The position numbers were made by a program, and so were the translations under genes. DNA of 64,000 nucleotides from a virus (taxonomy: Duplodnaviria; Caudoviricetes), in IMG/VR virus record IMGVR_UViG_3300020148_000032, one strand, 5' to 3'. The notes beneath the pieces are model-generated. The model was not told the origin of the DNA and did no database searches. It was given only the letters and a program-made list of their open reading frames with translations. This document shows, piece after piece, positions 20,837-30,561 of the stretch (position 1 is the stretch's first letter; each line of letters begins with the position of its first letter).

Positions 20837-21628
20837 TTAAGAGGTTGACCTGAGATTTTCAGAATATTTTTGGTAAATTTCTTTACCTATTTTGAAGGAT
20901 TCTGAGGATGCTTTCTCCATAGTTTTCATGATTTTTTGAGCCCATGGGTGATCAGGTTCGGCTTGCAAGAACTTTAAGACTTCCATTCCTACGAGAGGTT
21001 GGAAGTAAACTGCATATATCGCATCTTCGTCCCAATGATAAAGGTTCCCATTAACTGCAGCATCAGGGTGGTCAGAATTTTTCTTGAATTGTAAAGAAAT
21101 ACAACTTTTGAGAAACAAATATTCGCGGCGGACCTTTTTGAAAGGGTTTTTCTCCTCATTTTCTCTTTTAGAGTTACCGAAAGTTTTTCGTGAGTGAGAA
21201 TATAGTGATATACCCTTCTTAGTCTTTTTAGCGAAAGAGTAATGTTTTCTTTCTTTATAGCGAATGTGTTCTAGATCCTCTATAATCGGATCATATGGTA
21301 GAGGTTCGTGATTAGAGCCAAATTTACATGCATTAAATTCAGCATCGTCAAGTATATTTTGCTGTTTCTTAGTGTAAGAATTAAGGTATTTTTGGTTAAA
21401 GTGTTCTGGAAGATAAGTTTCTTCTTTAAGTAGCTTTTTAGAAACTTTGTCCCCTGCTTCTATGTGCTCTTTTAAGTGGACGACTAAGTCAGTAGCATTG
21501 AAGAATGGTTGATCTTTAAACTTGTGTAGTTTGCATCCATCGCATTTAATATAACCACGGTAGTCAGAAATAATGGTAAGGGCTTCGTCTTTGTTAGTGT
21601 AGCGGTGTTGATTTTTTAACCAATCCAT
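20837..21628 (-). CDS. hypothetical protein with N-terminal C2H2-like motif
   Basis: CDGC...HLKEH; AAGGGAG RBS. Confidence 0.65.
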   Translation of the reverse strand: MDWLKNQHRYTNKDEALTIISDYRGYIKCDGCKLHKFKDQPFFNATDLVVHLKEHIEAGDKVSKKLLKEETYLPEHFNQKYLNSYTKKQQNILDDAEFNACKFGSNHEPLPYDPIIEDLEHIRYKERKHYSFAKKTKKGISLYSHSRKTFGNSKRENEEKNPFKKVRREYLFLKSCISLQFKKNSDHPDAAVNGNLYHWDEDAIYAVYFQPLVGMEVLKFLQAEPDHPWAQKIMKTMEKASSESFKIGKEIYQKYSENLRSTS

Positions 21629-21734
21629 TATGGAACTCCCTTACTTGCTATTCATACTTTCATTTTTTCACTATTATTTTATCAAGTTTTTAACGTCATA
21701 CATTGGTATAATAGTAATAAATGCGGAGGTTAAT

Positions 21735-22232
21735 ATGAATGTTTTTCTTGTTGGAAATTCACAAAAAGACCTCGAGTGGGCTAAATCCTTTATTAAAGAA
21801 CACGATGGAGTTCTTATTGAACGGGATAAAGTTTACTCTAATTTGTTTAAATCTGAACCAACAAGTGGGGATATTATACAGAATGAATTAATTTTTGACG
21901 AGATTCTTTATTCTATCTTTGATCTCATGCAAATTAAAGTGGAAACAATTGTTGTTTCTATTTCGCATTTATCTGATGCTTTCTATACTTTTCTTATCAT
22001 GATGAGACAAGCTCTTGATGATTTCCCTATTAATTCTCTTGTTAAAATCCTTTCTGATGGAGAATCTAAGGACGACTTTACTGACCTTGGTGATGATCTT
22101 GTTAAGGTGTATGGATTGCAAATGGGTTATGGAGAAGTCATCGGAGACGTTCCAATTGAAATGAATTTATTTCTTCAAAGTATAGTTATTGATTTTTATC
22201 CCACGTCTTTAAAAGATGTAAAGTTTTCATAG
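21735..22232 (+). CDS. hypothetical protein, possibly a degenerate P-loop kinase fold
   Basis: GGAGG RBS before ATG 21735; TGGTATAAT upstream. Confidence 0.55.
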   Translation: MNVFLVGNSQKDLEWAKSFIKEHDGVLIERDKVYSNLFKSEPTSGDIIQNELIFDEILYSIFDLMQIKVETIVVSISHLSDAFYTFLIMMRQALDDFPINSLVKILSDGESKDDFTDLGDDLVKVYGLQMGYGEVIGDVPIEMNLFLQSIVIDFYPTSLKDVKFS

Positions 22233-22249
22233 AAAGAAAGTAGTGAATA

Positions 22250-23671
22250 ATGAGTTTATTTCCTGATTTAGAATCTGATAGAGTCGGCGTTCCAAAGTTT
22301 AACGCTAAAGCTCCGCTTGCCGCTAGAATGCGCCCGCAAACTGTTCAAGACTTTTTTGGACAGTCGCAAATCCTTGTCAAGGGTTCACCTGTGGAAAGGT
22401 TCTTAAATCCAGAAACTGCTGATAGTTCTCTTGTTCCACCTAGTCTTATCCTTTGGGGACCTCCCGGAACAGGTAAAACTACACTTGCTTACCTTATAGC
22501 TAAAGAGTCTAACAAGAGGTTCCTTGAATTATCAGCGGTAAGTGACGGTATTCAAGAGGTAAAATTCGCTGTTAATGACGCTAAGGGCCGTCAGGAAGAC
22601 GGTAGAGAGACAATCCTTTTTATTGATGAGATTCATCGTTTTAGTAAGAATCAACAGGATAGTCTTTTACCTGCTGTTGAAAATAAGTCTGTTACTCTTA
22701 TTATGGCAACTACGGAGAACCCAAGTTTTTCTATTGTAGCTCCGTTATTATCACGCTCTTTAATGGTGACTTTACATCCTTTATCTGAGGATAATATTAG
22801 GTCTATTATTAAAAATGCGCTTCTTGATGAACGGGGTTTGAACGGTAAATATACTCTTACTGATGAGGCTTTAGAGATTCTGGCGCGTATTAGTAGTGGT
22901 GATGCTCGTAAAGCATTGACTATTCTTGAGGCTGCCGCTGGTGTTTCTCATAGTTTTAAGAAGAATGTAATTGATAAAGAAGGGCTAGAACTTGCGGCTC
23001 AACAGGCTTTAGTGCGTTGGGATAATGATCAGCATTATGATGTAACGAGCGCTTTTATTAAATCTATGAGAGGTAGCGACCCTCACGCTACACTTCATTA
23101 TCTTGCTAGAATGATTGAAGCAGGAGAAGATCCACGTTTTATTGCTCGTAGAATTATGATTGCTGCTAGTGAAGATGTAGGTCTTGCTGACTCAAGTGTT
23201 TTGCAAACAACAGTGGCTGCTGCTCAAGCTGTCGCTCTTATTGGTTTTCCAGAAGCAAGGATTATTCTTTCACAGGCTGCTCTTTCGGTAGCTAATGCTC
23301 CTAAATCTAATTCGGCACTTGTGGGTATTGATAAGGCTTTGGAAGATGTAAGAATGGGTATTACTGGCCCGGTCCCTTCGCATTTGAGAGACGCTCATTA
23401 TTATGGAGCTAAAGCTCTTGGTAATGGTGTGAAGTATAAATATCCGCATTCTTTCGCTGGGGGTTTTGTCGAGCAACAGTATTTACCTGACGAGTTAGTT
23501 GGCAAAGAATATTACATTTCAAAGAACCCTAATGAAATTTCAATGGGTAATGTTGGAGTAATTCAAGGTACTGTTAGTGAAAATACAGTAAAATCTTCTT
23601 CAAAGTCTAGTGAAGATTTCTTTATTGATGATTCTCCACGAAACGCTCCTCATTCTGACGATATTTTCTAA
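22250..23671 (+). CDS. rarA: replication-associated recombination protein A (RarA/MgsA)
   Basis: PLAARMRP, GPPGTGKT, FIDEIHRF, ATTENPSF, HYDVTSAFIKSMRGSD, ASEDVG. Confidence 0.96.
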   Translation: MSLFPDLESDRVGVPKFNAKAPLAARMRPQTVQDFFGQSQILVKGSPVERFLNPETADSSLVPPSLILWGPPGTGKTTLAYLIAKESNKRFLELSAVSDGIQEVKFAVNDAKGRQEDGRETILFIDEIHRFSKNQQDSLLPAVENKSVTLIMATTENPSFSIVAPLLSRSLMVTLHPLSEDNIRSIIKNALLDERGLNGKYTLTDEALEILARISSGDARKALTILEAAAGVSHSFKKNVIDKEGLELAAQQALVRWDNDQHYDVTSAFIKSMRGSDPHATLHYLARMIEAGEDPRFIARRIMIAASEDVGLADSSVLQTTVAAAQAVALIGFPEARIILSQAALSVANAPKSNSALVGIDKALEDVRMGITGPVPSHLRDAHYYGAKALGNGVKYKYPHSFAGGFVEQQYLPDELVGKEYYISKNPNEISMGNVGVIQGTVSENTVKSSSKSSEDFFIDDSPRNAPHSDDIF

Positions 23672-23850
23672 TTTTTGACGAGTGGAGTCTGTTAGTTTCT
23701 CGATTTTAGAATTAAGATCTGCAATATTTTTCAAATTTTTTCAATATTTTCTGTGATTTTGGGAATTATTTGATAACTTTATCGTTATAATTACTGAGTG
23801 TAATATTAGTTATTACACTTAACATCTACTTTTAAGAAGGAGAGGTAAAC

Positions 23851-24255
23851 ATGTTTAACAGAACACTTGTTACTGTTCCGGAGGCATTTTTCTCAAAGAT
23901 TAATGACCTTGGTGATTTCTTTAGTGAGTTTAAAGACTCTTATAAAGATTTGGCTGATTTTAAGCGTGATGTTGCTGAAGATGGAACTATTACGTTATCG
24001 ATAGAGGTTCCAGGGTTTTCGGCCAAAGATGTAAAAGCTGATTATTCTTCTAAAGATAAGAAACTTTCTATTGTTGCTGAGAAGGAAGAAGCCGGAAGTT
24101 TCTCTAGAAAAGTCGTAGCGTTTTCTATTAATATTAGTCAACCTGAGAAGGTCACAGTCAAAGTAGAAAATGGGATGGCTGTTGTAGTTGTTCCTGCTGT
24201 CGCTTTAAAGAGCGATGAGGAAGATGCGAGCGTCGTTTCAATCCCAGTTGAATAA
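23851..24255 (+). CDS. small heat-shock protein (Hsp20 family)
   Basis: IEVPGF..DV...V.VENG.AVVVVP alpha-crystallin pattern; AAGGAGAGG RBS. Confidence 0.75.
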   Translation: MFNRTLVTVPEAFFSKINDLGDFFSEFKDSYKDLADFKRDVAEDGTITLSIEVPGFSAKDVKADYSSKDKKLSIVAEKEEAGSFSRKVVAFSINISQPEKVTVKVENGMAVVVVPAVALKSDEEDASVVSIPVE

Positions 24256-24272
24256 CACTTTCTAGAGTAAAG

Positions 24273-24311
24273 CAAAACCCCCAAGGTAGGATTATTGCCT
24301 TGGGGGTTTTG
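24273..24311. terminator. intrinsic terminator
   Basis: caaaacccccaaggta...tgccttgggggttttg. Confidence 0.75.
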
Positions 24312-24326
24312 TGTGAGAGATAATAA

Positions 24327-24845
24327 TTATGGGAGCTCCATAAATTCATCATTAATTGAATCATAAATATAAACCCAACCTTCAGACTTAATTTGTTCTA
24401 TTACTTTCGTTGGCTCTTCTAATTCATCTTTAAAAAAAGATGTCTCGTAAAAATCTGTAAGAATATTTTCGGGAGTAGGAATTTCTTTAGTAACAACAAT
24501 ATAACCTCTTTCAGAAACAATTTCAGTTACTAGAATAAAAGCAAGAAAATCAACAAAGAGAACAAAACTTTCTCTCTTTGGGCTATCTGAATGACTTCGT
24601 CGAGTTATCTCTTGAGAAATGTAGGGGAGAGTTCTTGCGTAATCTTTAAAGAGTTGCGTTTCTTTACTATTGTGAATGTGGATATCTTCATAATCTTTAG
24701 TTTTATCTTCATTGTCAAGGTTCTGGTAAAGAGTAAAAAGCTTTTCATTTCCTTTGTATATTTCAACTGTCGCTTGTCTTGTTTTCTGATCAGCTGTAAG
24801 TTTTCGTGCGGAGTATTCTCCAGCGATTTCCCTTAATTTTTTCAT
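24327..24845 (-). CDS. hypothetical protein
   Basis: GGAG RBS, TGGTAAAAT upstream. Confidence 0.65.
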   Translation of the reverse strand: MKKLREIAGEYSARKLTADQKTRQATVEIYKGNEKLFTLYQNLDNEDKTKDYEDIHIHNSKETQLFKDYARTLPYISQEITRRSHSDSPKRESFVLFVDFLAFILVTEIVSERGYIVVTKEIPTPENILTDFYETSFFKDELEEPTKVIEQIKSEGWVYIYDSINDEFMELP

Positions 24846-25087
24846 ATGGAATCTCCATTCGTTGTAAACATTTTACCATTTTAAGCAGCTTAGTTTAAAT
24901 AGTCTCTATCTTTTAATGAGAGATGATGAGTTCCACAGTTTTTGATGTTTTTTATCAAAAATCGATATTTAACAGCTTTTTATCAGCTATAGTAACGCTA
25001 TAGCGTTACTATAGAGCATGTCTAGTAGATGAAAAGTGAGTTACTGTTTAGATAAGTTTTTAAACCTCCCTACATAAGGATTTAATA

Positions 25088-25302
25088 ATGGCTAGAAAAT
25101 TCACATTAATAATGAATCTTATTTAGATCATGTCAAATCAGTTCGATCTAAAGCTATAGAAGATGTAGGTCCCACAAGAATTATTAAAAAATTTGTTGAA
25201 GATTTTAAAGAAAACGGAGAGTAAAAGCCTCTTACTAAGACTCAATCGAGATATGTGCCTGAACGGAAATTGCCTGTTAGACTGCAGTCTCTTGTTAGTT
25301 AG
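25088..25302 (+). pseudogene. relic HCCH-module gene
   Basis: TAGATAA at 25049, AAGGA RBS, ATG GCT AGA AAA TTC then a frameshift into H-I-N-N-E; cysteines missing; in-frame TAA at 25222. Confidence 0.5.
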
Positions 25303-25805
25303 AAGTTCTTTTTGTATGTTTTCATCTGATGAATGTCAATAATAACAACAGGTAACCCCTTTTTAAGAATTTTCTGTACTGCGCTGTATGTTCCTCCGAA
25401 GGTTTTTTCAGAATCCCACACGGCTACAGCTAGATCAGAATCTTTAATCATTGCGTCATTTCTTGCGTGCAAATTTCTTACAGAAAAATGATCTGCTACT
25501 ACTATTTCTCTACTAGCAAGAGAACGTATTCTCTTCCACTCGTCTACATTTTCTTGAGGCCACTTATTAATTTGCGCTTCAAAAGGTATATATGCTGCAA
25601 TAGGAACACCCAACTCTAAATTAATTTGAGCCCACCACGTATCAACTCCTAAAGCCATTCCAGTAATCGCTTCTTGCATACCATAATCATTTTTTAATTT
25701 AGAAGCAATTCTTCGCATTTCTTCAAGAGCGAAAGACTTAGTTTTTGAAGTAAAAACATTAGGTCTGTGACCTGTTACCATTACTGAGTGTAGTTTATTA
25801 TTCAT
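25299..25805 (-). CDS. SLOG family protein (YspA/DUF1273-like)
   Basis: VMVTGHRP, GMALGVDTW, RNDAMIKDSD.AVAVWD, GGT. Confidence 0.85.
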   Translation of the reverse strand: MNNKLHSVMVTGHRPNVFTSKTKSFALEEMRRIASKLKNDYGMQEAITGMALGVDTWWAQINLELGVPIAAYIPFEAQINKWPQENVDEWKRIRSLASREIVVADHFSVRNLHARNDAMIKDSDLAVAVWDSEKTFGGTYSAVQKILKKGLPVVIIDIHQMKTYKKNF

Positions 25806-25861
25806 AAGTAACATTTTATCAAGAGTAGTTAGATAAATAGTTATGAACATAGGAGAACAAT

Positions 25862-26173
25862 ATGCCAAAATTTCATATTAATAATAGCGGGAACGTAGGT
25901 ATCTGTGAAGCACTACAAGGCAATTGCCCTTTTGGCGGCCCAGAAGATCATTATGATTCTATAGTTTCAGCAGCCCGTGCTTTTGAAAAAGAGATGGAAA
26001 ACCAAGCCTTCTCTCAAATGTCAAATACACAAAAGAATGATCTCTATTCCATTGCTATGGACGGGGATGAGGCTTATCACACGGGGCAATCCGTCCACAG
26101 CAATCCCCACCCTGAGGGCTCTCCGGAGTACGAGGTTTGGCTAGACGCTTTCAATAACCCCTCGGATCGTTAA
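25862..26173 (+). CDS. HCCH-module protein #2
   Basis: KFHINNSGNVGICEA...CPFGG...HY; 3' part is GC-richer. Confidence 0.8.
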   Translation: MPKFHINNSGNVGICEALQGNCPFGGPEDHYDSIVSAARAFEKEMENQAFSQMSNTQKNDLYSIAMDGDEAYHTGQSVHSNPHPEGSPEYEVWLDAFNNPSDR

Positions 26174-26253
26174 ATAGACGAAGAGAACATGCCCTACTAC
26201 GAGTCAACGGATGAGAATTTAGCTGAGCAAGAGGCTGAACATAGGAGAACAAT

Positions 26254-26685
26254 ATGCCAAAATTTCATATTAACAATAGCGGGACAGTAGGTGTCTGTCA
26301 AGCACTACAAGGCAATTGCCCTTTTGGTGGCGAGGCAGATCATTATCCAACAGCCGCTAAAGCAAGAGTAGCTTATGAACAAAATAAAAACAATAAATCT
26401 ATACCCGCTGTACTAAAATCGTCAATTATTACTGATAAACCAATAACTGAAGATGACTATATGCAGATTTCCGATACTTTTTATGATCTTTCTGAAAAAT
26501 ACGCAATGATTAAAGATAATCCTGCAGGTGAATCAGTGCGAGAAATTTTTGATGAGATTATCACAACTTCTAATCGTTATCGTAAAAATGAAATAGATAT
26601 GTATATTCAGATGGAGTCAAAGACTGGAGAGCCTCGAGTAGCAAAACTACTTAGAGATTATCTTGACTATATAAAGACTTTATAG
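26254..26685 (+). CDS. HCCH-module protein #3
   Basis: RBS+module nearly identical to #2, unrelated C-terminus. Confidence 0.8.
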   Translation: MPKFHINNSGTVGVCQALQGNCPFGGEADHYPTAAKARVAYEQNKNNKSIPAVLKSSIITDKPITEDDYMQISDTFYDLSEKYAMIKDNPAGESVREIFDEIITTSNRYRKNEIDMYIQMESKTGEPRVAKLLRDYLDYIKTL

Positions 26686-26692
26686 GTGTAAA

Positions 26693-26740
26693 ATAAAAGG
26701 TCGTATATTGATAAATATAATTCAATATACGACCTTTTAT
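26693..26740. terminator. bidirectional terminator-like hairpin
   Basis: taaaaggtcgtatattga...tcaatatacgacctttta between convergent genes. Confidence 0.7.
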
Positions 26741-26761
26741 AATAAGAGAAGCGCCCTATTG

Positions 26762-29026
26762 TTAACTATTAAAAGTTGACGAGAAATCTTCTGGGCTCAT
26801 GAACTTTAGCCCAAGTTTCTTAGCGACCACTGTCTTTGAAGAAGTTGAACTTTCATCTCCAATAATATAAGAAGTATCTTTCTTTGGCGAACTGTGGAAA
26901 ATTCCTCCGTTACTCTCAATATAATCTACCCATGCATTACGATTAGAGAAACCGGGCGGTACACTACCACTAATAGCAAAAGACAATCCGTTAAGAGATG
27001 TTTTGGAGCTCCCTTCAGAACTATCGTCTGTTGATTGTGAAGCTTGTGGAACTGTAAATTCTACTCCATGATCACGAAGTTTCTGAATGAGTGCTGACCT
27101 CATTCTCAACCCATCGTAGATTTTCTTTGCTTTTATATCTCCAAGCCCATCAAGTACTGCTATTTCACTTTCTTTCGCGTTAAGAATTCCATCAATATCT
27201 CCAAAGCGCTTGACAAGCGCTTTGGCAGTAGACGGACCTAGAAGGTCAATATTAAGCGATGGAAGTACTTTAGTAAGTGGTCTTTTCTTTGATAGTTCTA
27301 AATGTTCAAGTATATGTTCAGCGATTTTTTCTCCTAAACGTCGTGGGTTGCCTTGATTAGAGTAACCATAAACACTATTACTTAATTCCTCTTTAGTAAG
27401 AGTATAAAGGTCAGATATATCATTAACCCTGCCTATTTCATTAAAGTGATTAAGTGTAACTTCAGAAAGTTTATCAATGTCTAAGAAGTTCTTACCAACG
27501 GCAGTTTTTAATGCAAAGTAATCTCTTGATGGACAATTAGGGTTATTACAATTAAGGGTTTTCGGTGGCCATACTCCAGCTTCTTCTCTTTTAGCTGAAA
27601 GCTTACCTTTGCACGATGGGCACTCGTTAGGAATTTGTATTTTTTCTGTACCTTCTGGATTTGAAAGTACAGCAACTACTTGAGGAATAATGTCATTAGC
27701 TTTTTCAATAAGAACAATGCTTCCTACTCGAATATCTTTTTGATGAATAAGATTAAAATTATGTAATGAAGCATTGCTAATCTCTGACCCGGCAAGGTTC
27801 ACTGGTTCAACTTTAGCAACTGGAGTTACTCTACCTGATTTACCTACTGTAAGATTAATTCCTATAACTGTAGTTTTTGCTTTCTCTGCAGGGTACTTCC
27901 ATGCTATTTGAGAGACTGGGTGGTGAGAAGTGACCCCACTTTTCTCGTACATTTCACCTTCATTTGATGGTTTAATGACAACACCATCAGTAGGGATAGA
28001 GAAACCAGGTCTGACTTTTCCAAATTCATTAATCGCATCCATTACTTCTTTATTTGTTGAAAGGTTCGTAATAGTAAAAGATAATTGAGTTTCAGTAAGG
28101 TCATCTACACTAAGGAATCCATCATTTGGGCTTAGGTCCTTGAGGTTCTTCATCACTCCGTTTTTAAGAGTTGAATATGTAGAGAATGTGAACTCTACTG
28201 GGTAACCTATTCCTAGTTTGGCTTTTTTGAGAAGCCCGGTTGCAGAATTTCTTGAATTTTTAAAGTGCTCTCCAGTGAGTTTAAATCTTTCATCGTCTGC
28301 TTTTTTAAATTGATCATTAGTGAAGAATAGCTCTCCTCTTACTTCTACTTTTTCTTTTTCCTCTATATAGAGAGGAAGTCCTTGTACTTTTACTGATGGG
28401 TCCTTAATGAGATAAGTTACATCCTCACCTACAGATCCGTCACCTCTTGTGGCAATACGACTAATTTTACCTTCTTTATAGTAAACAGATATCGCTAGAC
28501 CGTCAAGTTTCGCTTGTAATCTAAAACTTGTGGCTCCGTCTTTTCTAGTCTTATCAAGAAAAGACATTAAATCTTCCTCTTTTTTAGCTTTATTGAGGGA
28601 AAGCATTGGTACTTCGTGATGAACAATTTCATCACTGTTAGTTTGTGTACCTAGTGATACGTCACCGTCGAGTAATTTGTACCCGTCTGTCCCTTCTGTA
28701 AACAAATGTTGATACTGACCAGAATCTGAAAGAGAGTGAAGATACGCTTGTTTAGCGTCAAATTCTTCATCACTTAGTTCTGATTCCCCAGAACCTTGAT
28801 AATATTCTTGTGATGCATCTAATAACTCTTTAATGAGATTCTTTACGTCTGATTCTGGTATTTTCTTTTCAACAGTCATTGGTAGAGAGAAACTTTCTTC
28901 ATAGAATGAGCGAGCTTTTTCAATCGTATCAAAATGTTCATCATCAGATCCAAAGGGACATACCCCTGTTGTTACTTTACATAAACCTGATTCTCCAGTT
29001 TGAGTATTAACATGATATTTCGGCAT
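26762..29026 (-). CDS. ligA: NAD-dependent DNA ligase with N-terminal HCCH module (#4)
   Basis: KLDG adenylation motif, TRGDG, EVRGE, DGVVIK, AWKYP, C4 zinc finger, HhH, BRCT. Confidence 0.95.
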   Translation of the reverse strand: MPKYHVNTQTGESGLCKVTTGVCPFGSDDEHFDTIEKARSFYEESFSLPMTVEKKIPESDVKNLIKELLDASQEYYQGSGESELSDEEFDAKQAYLHSLSDSGQYQHLFTEGTDGYKLLDGDVSLGTQTNSDEIVHHEVPMLSLNKAKKEEDLMSFLDKTRKDGATSFRLQAKLDGLAISVYYKEGKISRIATRGDGSVGEDVTYLIKDPSVKVQGLPLYIEEKEKVEVRGELFFTNDQFKKADDERFKLTGEHFKNSRNSATGLLKKAKLGIGYPVEFTFSTYSTLKNGVMKNLKDLSPNDGFLSVDDLTETQLSFTITNLSTNKEVMDAINEFGKVRPGFSIPTDGVVIKPSNEGEMYEKSGVTSHHPVSQIAWKYPAEKAKTTVIGINLTVGKSGRVTPVAKVEPVNLAGSEISNASLHNFNLIHQKDIRVGSIVLIEKANDIIPQVVAVLSNPEGTEKIQIPNECPSCKGKLSAKREEAGVWPPKTLNCNNPNCPSRDYFALKTAVGKNFLDIDKLSEVTLNHFNEIGRVNDISDLYTLTKEELSNSVYGYSNQGNPRRLGEKIAEHILEHLELSKKRPLTKVLPSLNIDLLGPSTAKALVKRFGDIDGILNAKESEIAVLDGLGDIKAKKIYDGLRMRSALIQKLRDHGVEFTVPQASQSTDDSSEGSSKTSLNGLSFAISGSVPPGFSNRNAWVDYIESNGGIFHSSPKKDTSYIIGDESSTSSKTVVAKKLGLKFMSPEDFSSTFNS

Positions 29027-29079
29027 TAAAAAGCTCCTTAAACGTATTCATATTATACTAATCTTTCTATATAAAACTC

Positions 29080-29122
29080 GAAAAGCACGGACTCCCCCTA
29101 CCACCGGTTCGTCCGTGCTTTT
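29080..29122. terminator. terminator of the Tad operon
   Basis: gaaaagcacgga...tccgtgcttttc downstream of the cpaE-like gene. Confidence 0.6.
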
Positions 29123-29157
29123 CTTTATTTTTTCTCAAAAGAGAAATTTTATATTAA

Positions 29158-30510
29158 TCAAGGAATTGGAGTCAATTTATATTTTTGTCCAGTAATTGCT
29201 CTAGCAAGTTTAGCAATCGCTTCTTTGAATGCTCCGTGTTGAAGTAACATATCCATTGATTGAGTGTTAGCAGCCAGCGCGGCGAGCTTTGGCTGTGAAG
29301 GAACAACAGTAATAATAGGTAATCCACTTACAGCTTGTTTAATCTTATCATCAGAATTTACACCTGCAAGAGATTTGTTCACTACAATACCTATTTTATT
29401 TCGACTAATTCCCATTCCTTGCTTCTCACGAGGCCCAGTTGTTTCCCTAATCCATCGAGTCATAGAGAAGATAGAGTTGATTACAATGTCAGTAACGAAG
29501 ACTATCTGATCTGCCATTGGGTAAGCGACCTTTTCAAGTAATGGGTCGAGATAATTAACGGAAGTGTCAAGAATGATATAATCATATCTTGATTTTAAGT
29601 TTTGCAATAGCTCTACGAAAAATTCAGGTGGAAGATCATTAGCATGACGACCAAATTTAGGAGCTAAAAGTAAATCAATCCCTAACCTATTATTCTTAAT
29701 AATAGTATCATCAATACTTTGCTCACTCATATTTCCCTTATGAATGTTAAGCATCGTTGGAGAATAATTATTAGTAATAAAACCTAACTGTCCATCACGC
29801 ACGTCAAGATCAACTAAAAGAATTTTTAATTTTTCTTTTTCCCTTTTCATCTTTACAGACTCGACAGAAGAAACAGCCATATAGTTAGCAAGAGTAATAG
29901 CAACAGTTGATTTACCAGATCCACCTTTACTAGATGTAACAACAACTATTTGACCAAGGGTACCACTATTATTTACATTTTCTTTAGAAACGTTAAATTC
30001 GGACTGTCTTTCTTCTTCGTCCTCTTTTCTCTTCTTATTGAAATCCTCGGTTGAAGTGTTTCCAGAAATAATATCTGCAGTCTCTGTATTATCAGTTGTT
30101 CTCAAATAAAGAGATATTGCCTCATCTAAATCTTTCTTTGCCTGAGTTTTTGAAATAAAGTAATATTGAATTTGACCGCTATTGCTTGTAGCGTATGCTT
30201 CAGCTTCGATTCTTTCACGAATCATGTCATTGTTTTCCGGGGTGTAATTAATAATACCTAGAAAACAATATGGAGCCATTGAATTAATAAGATTTTCGAA
30301 CTCTTTATTTTCTCCGTTAGGATCAAAGAAAGCATCATGAACAAGAAGTATTTGAACTTCACTATCTATAGTTCCGTCTCCAAGACCAGACCAAAGTTGA
30401 GCGATACTAGGAATTGAACCTTTAAAATCCCACGATGGATTCATTGCTGCAATTGCTTTTCCAATCTTCTCATTCCCAACGAATAATGCTGATGGATTTT
30501 TTTTCGTCAT
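29158..30510 (-). CDS. CpaE/TadZ-like MinD/ParA ATPase
   Basis: SKGGSGKST, LVDLD, YDYIILDT; Tad context. Confidence 0.8.
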   Translation of the reverse strand: MTKKNPSALFVGNEKIGKAIAAMNPSWDFKGSIPSIAQLWSGLGDGTIDSEVQILLVHDAFFDPNGENKEFENLINSMAPYCFLGIINYTPENNDMIRERIEAEAYATSNSGQIQYYFISKTQAKKDLDEAISLYLRTTDNTETADIISGNTSTEDFNKKRKEDEEERQSEFNVSKENVNNSGTLGQIVVVTSSKGGSGKSTVAITLANYMAVSSVESVKMKREKEKLKILLVDLDVRDGQLGFITNNYSPTMLNIHKGNMSEQSIDDTIIKNNRLGIDLLLAPKFGRHANDLPPEFFVELLQNLKSRYDYIILDTSVNYLDPLLEKVAYPMADQIVFVTDIVINSIFSMTRWIRETTGPREKQGMGISRNKIGIVVNKSLAGVNSDDKIKQAVSGLPIITVVPSQPKLAALAANTQSMDMLLQHGAFKEAIAKLARAITGQKYKLTPIP

Positions 30511-30561
30511 ATTAGGGCCTCGTCTTTCAAAAATATAATATATCTTTGGTGGTAGTTAAAA

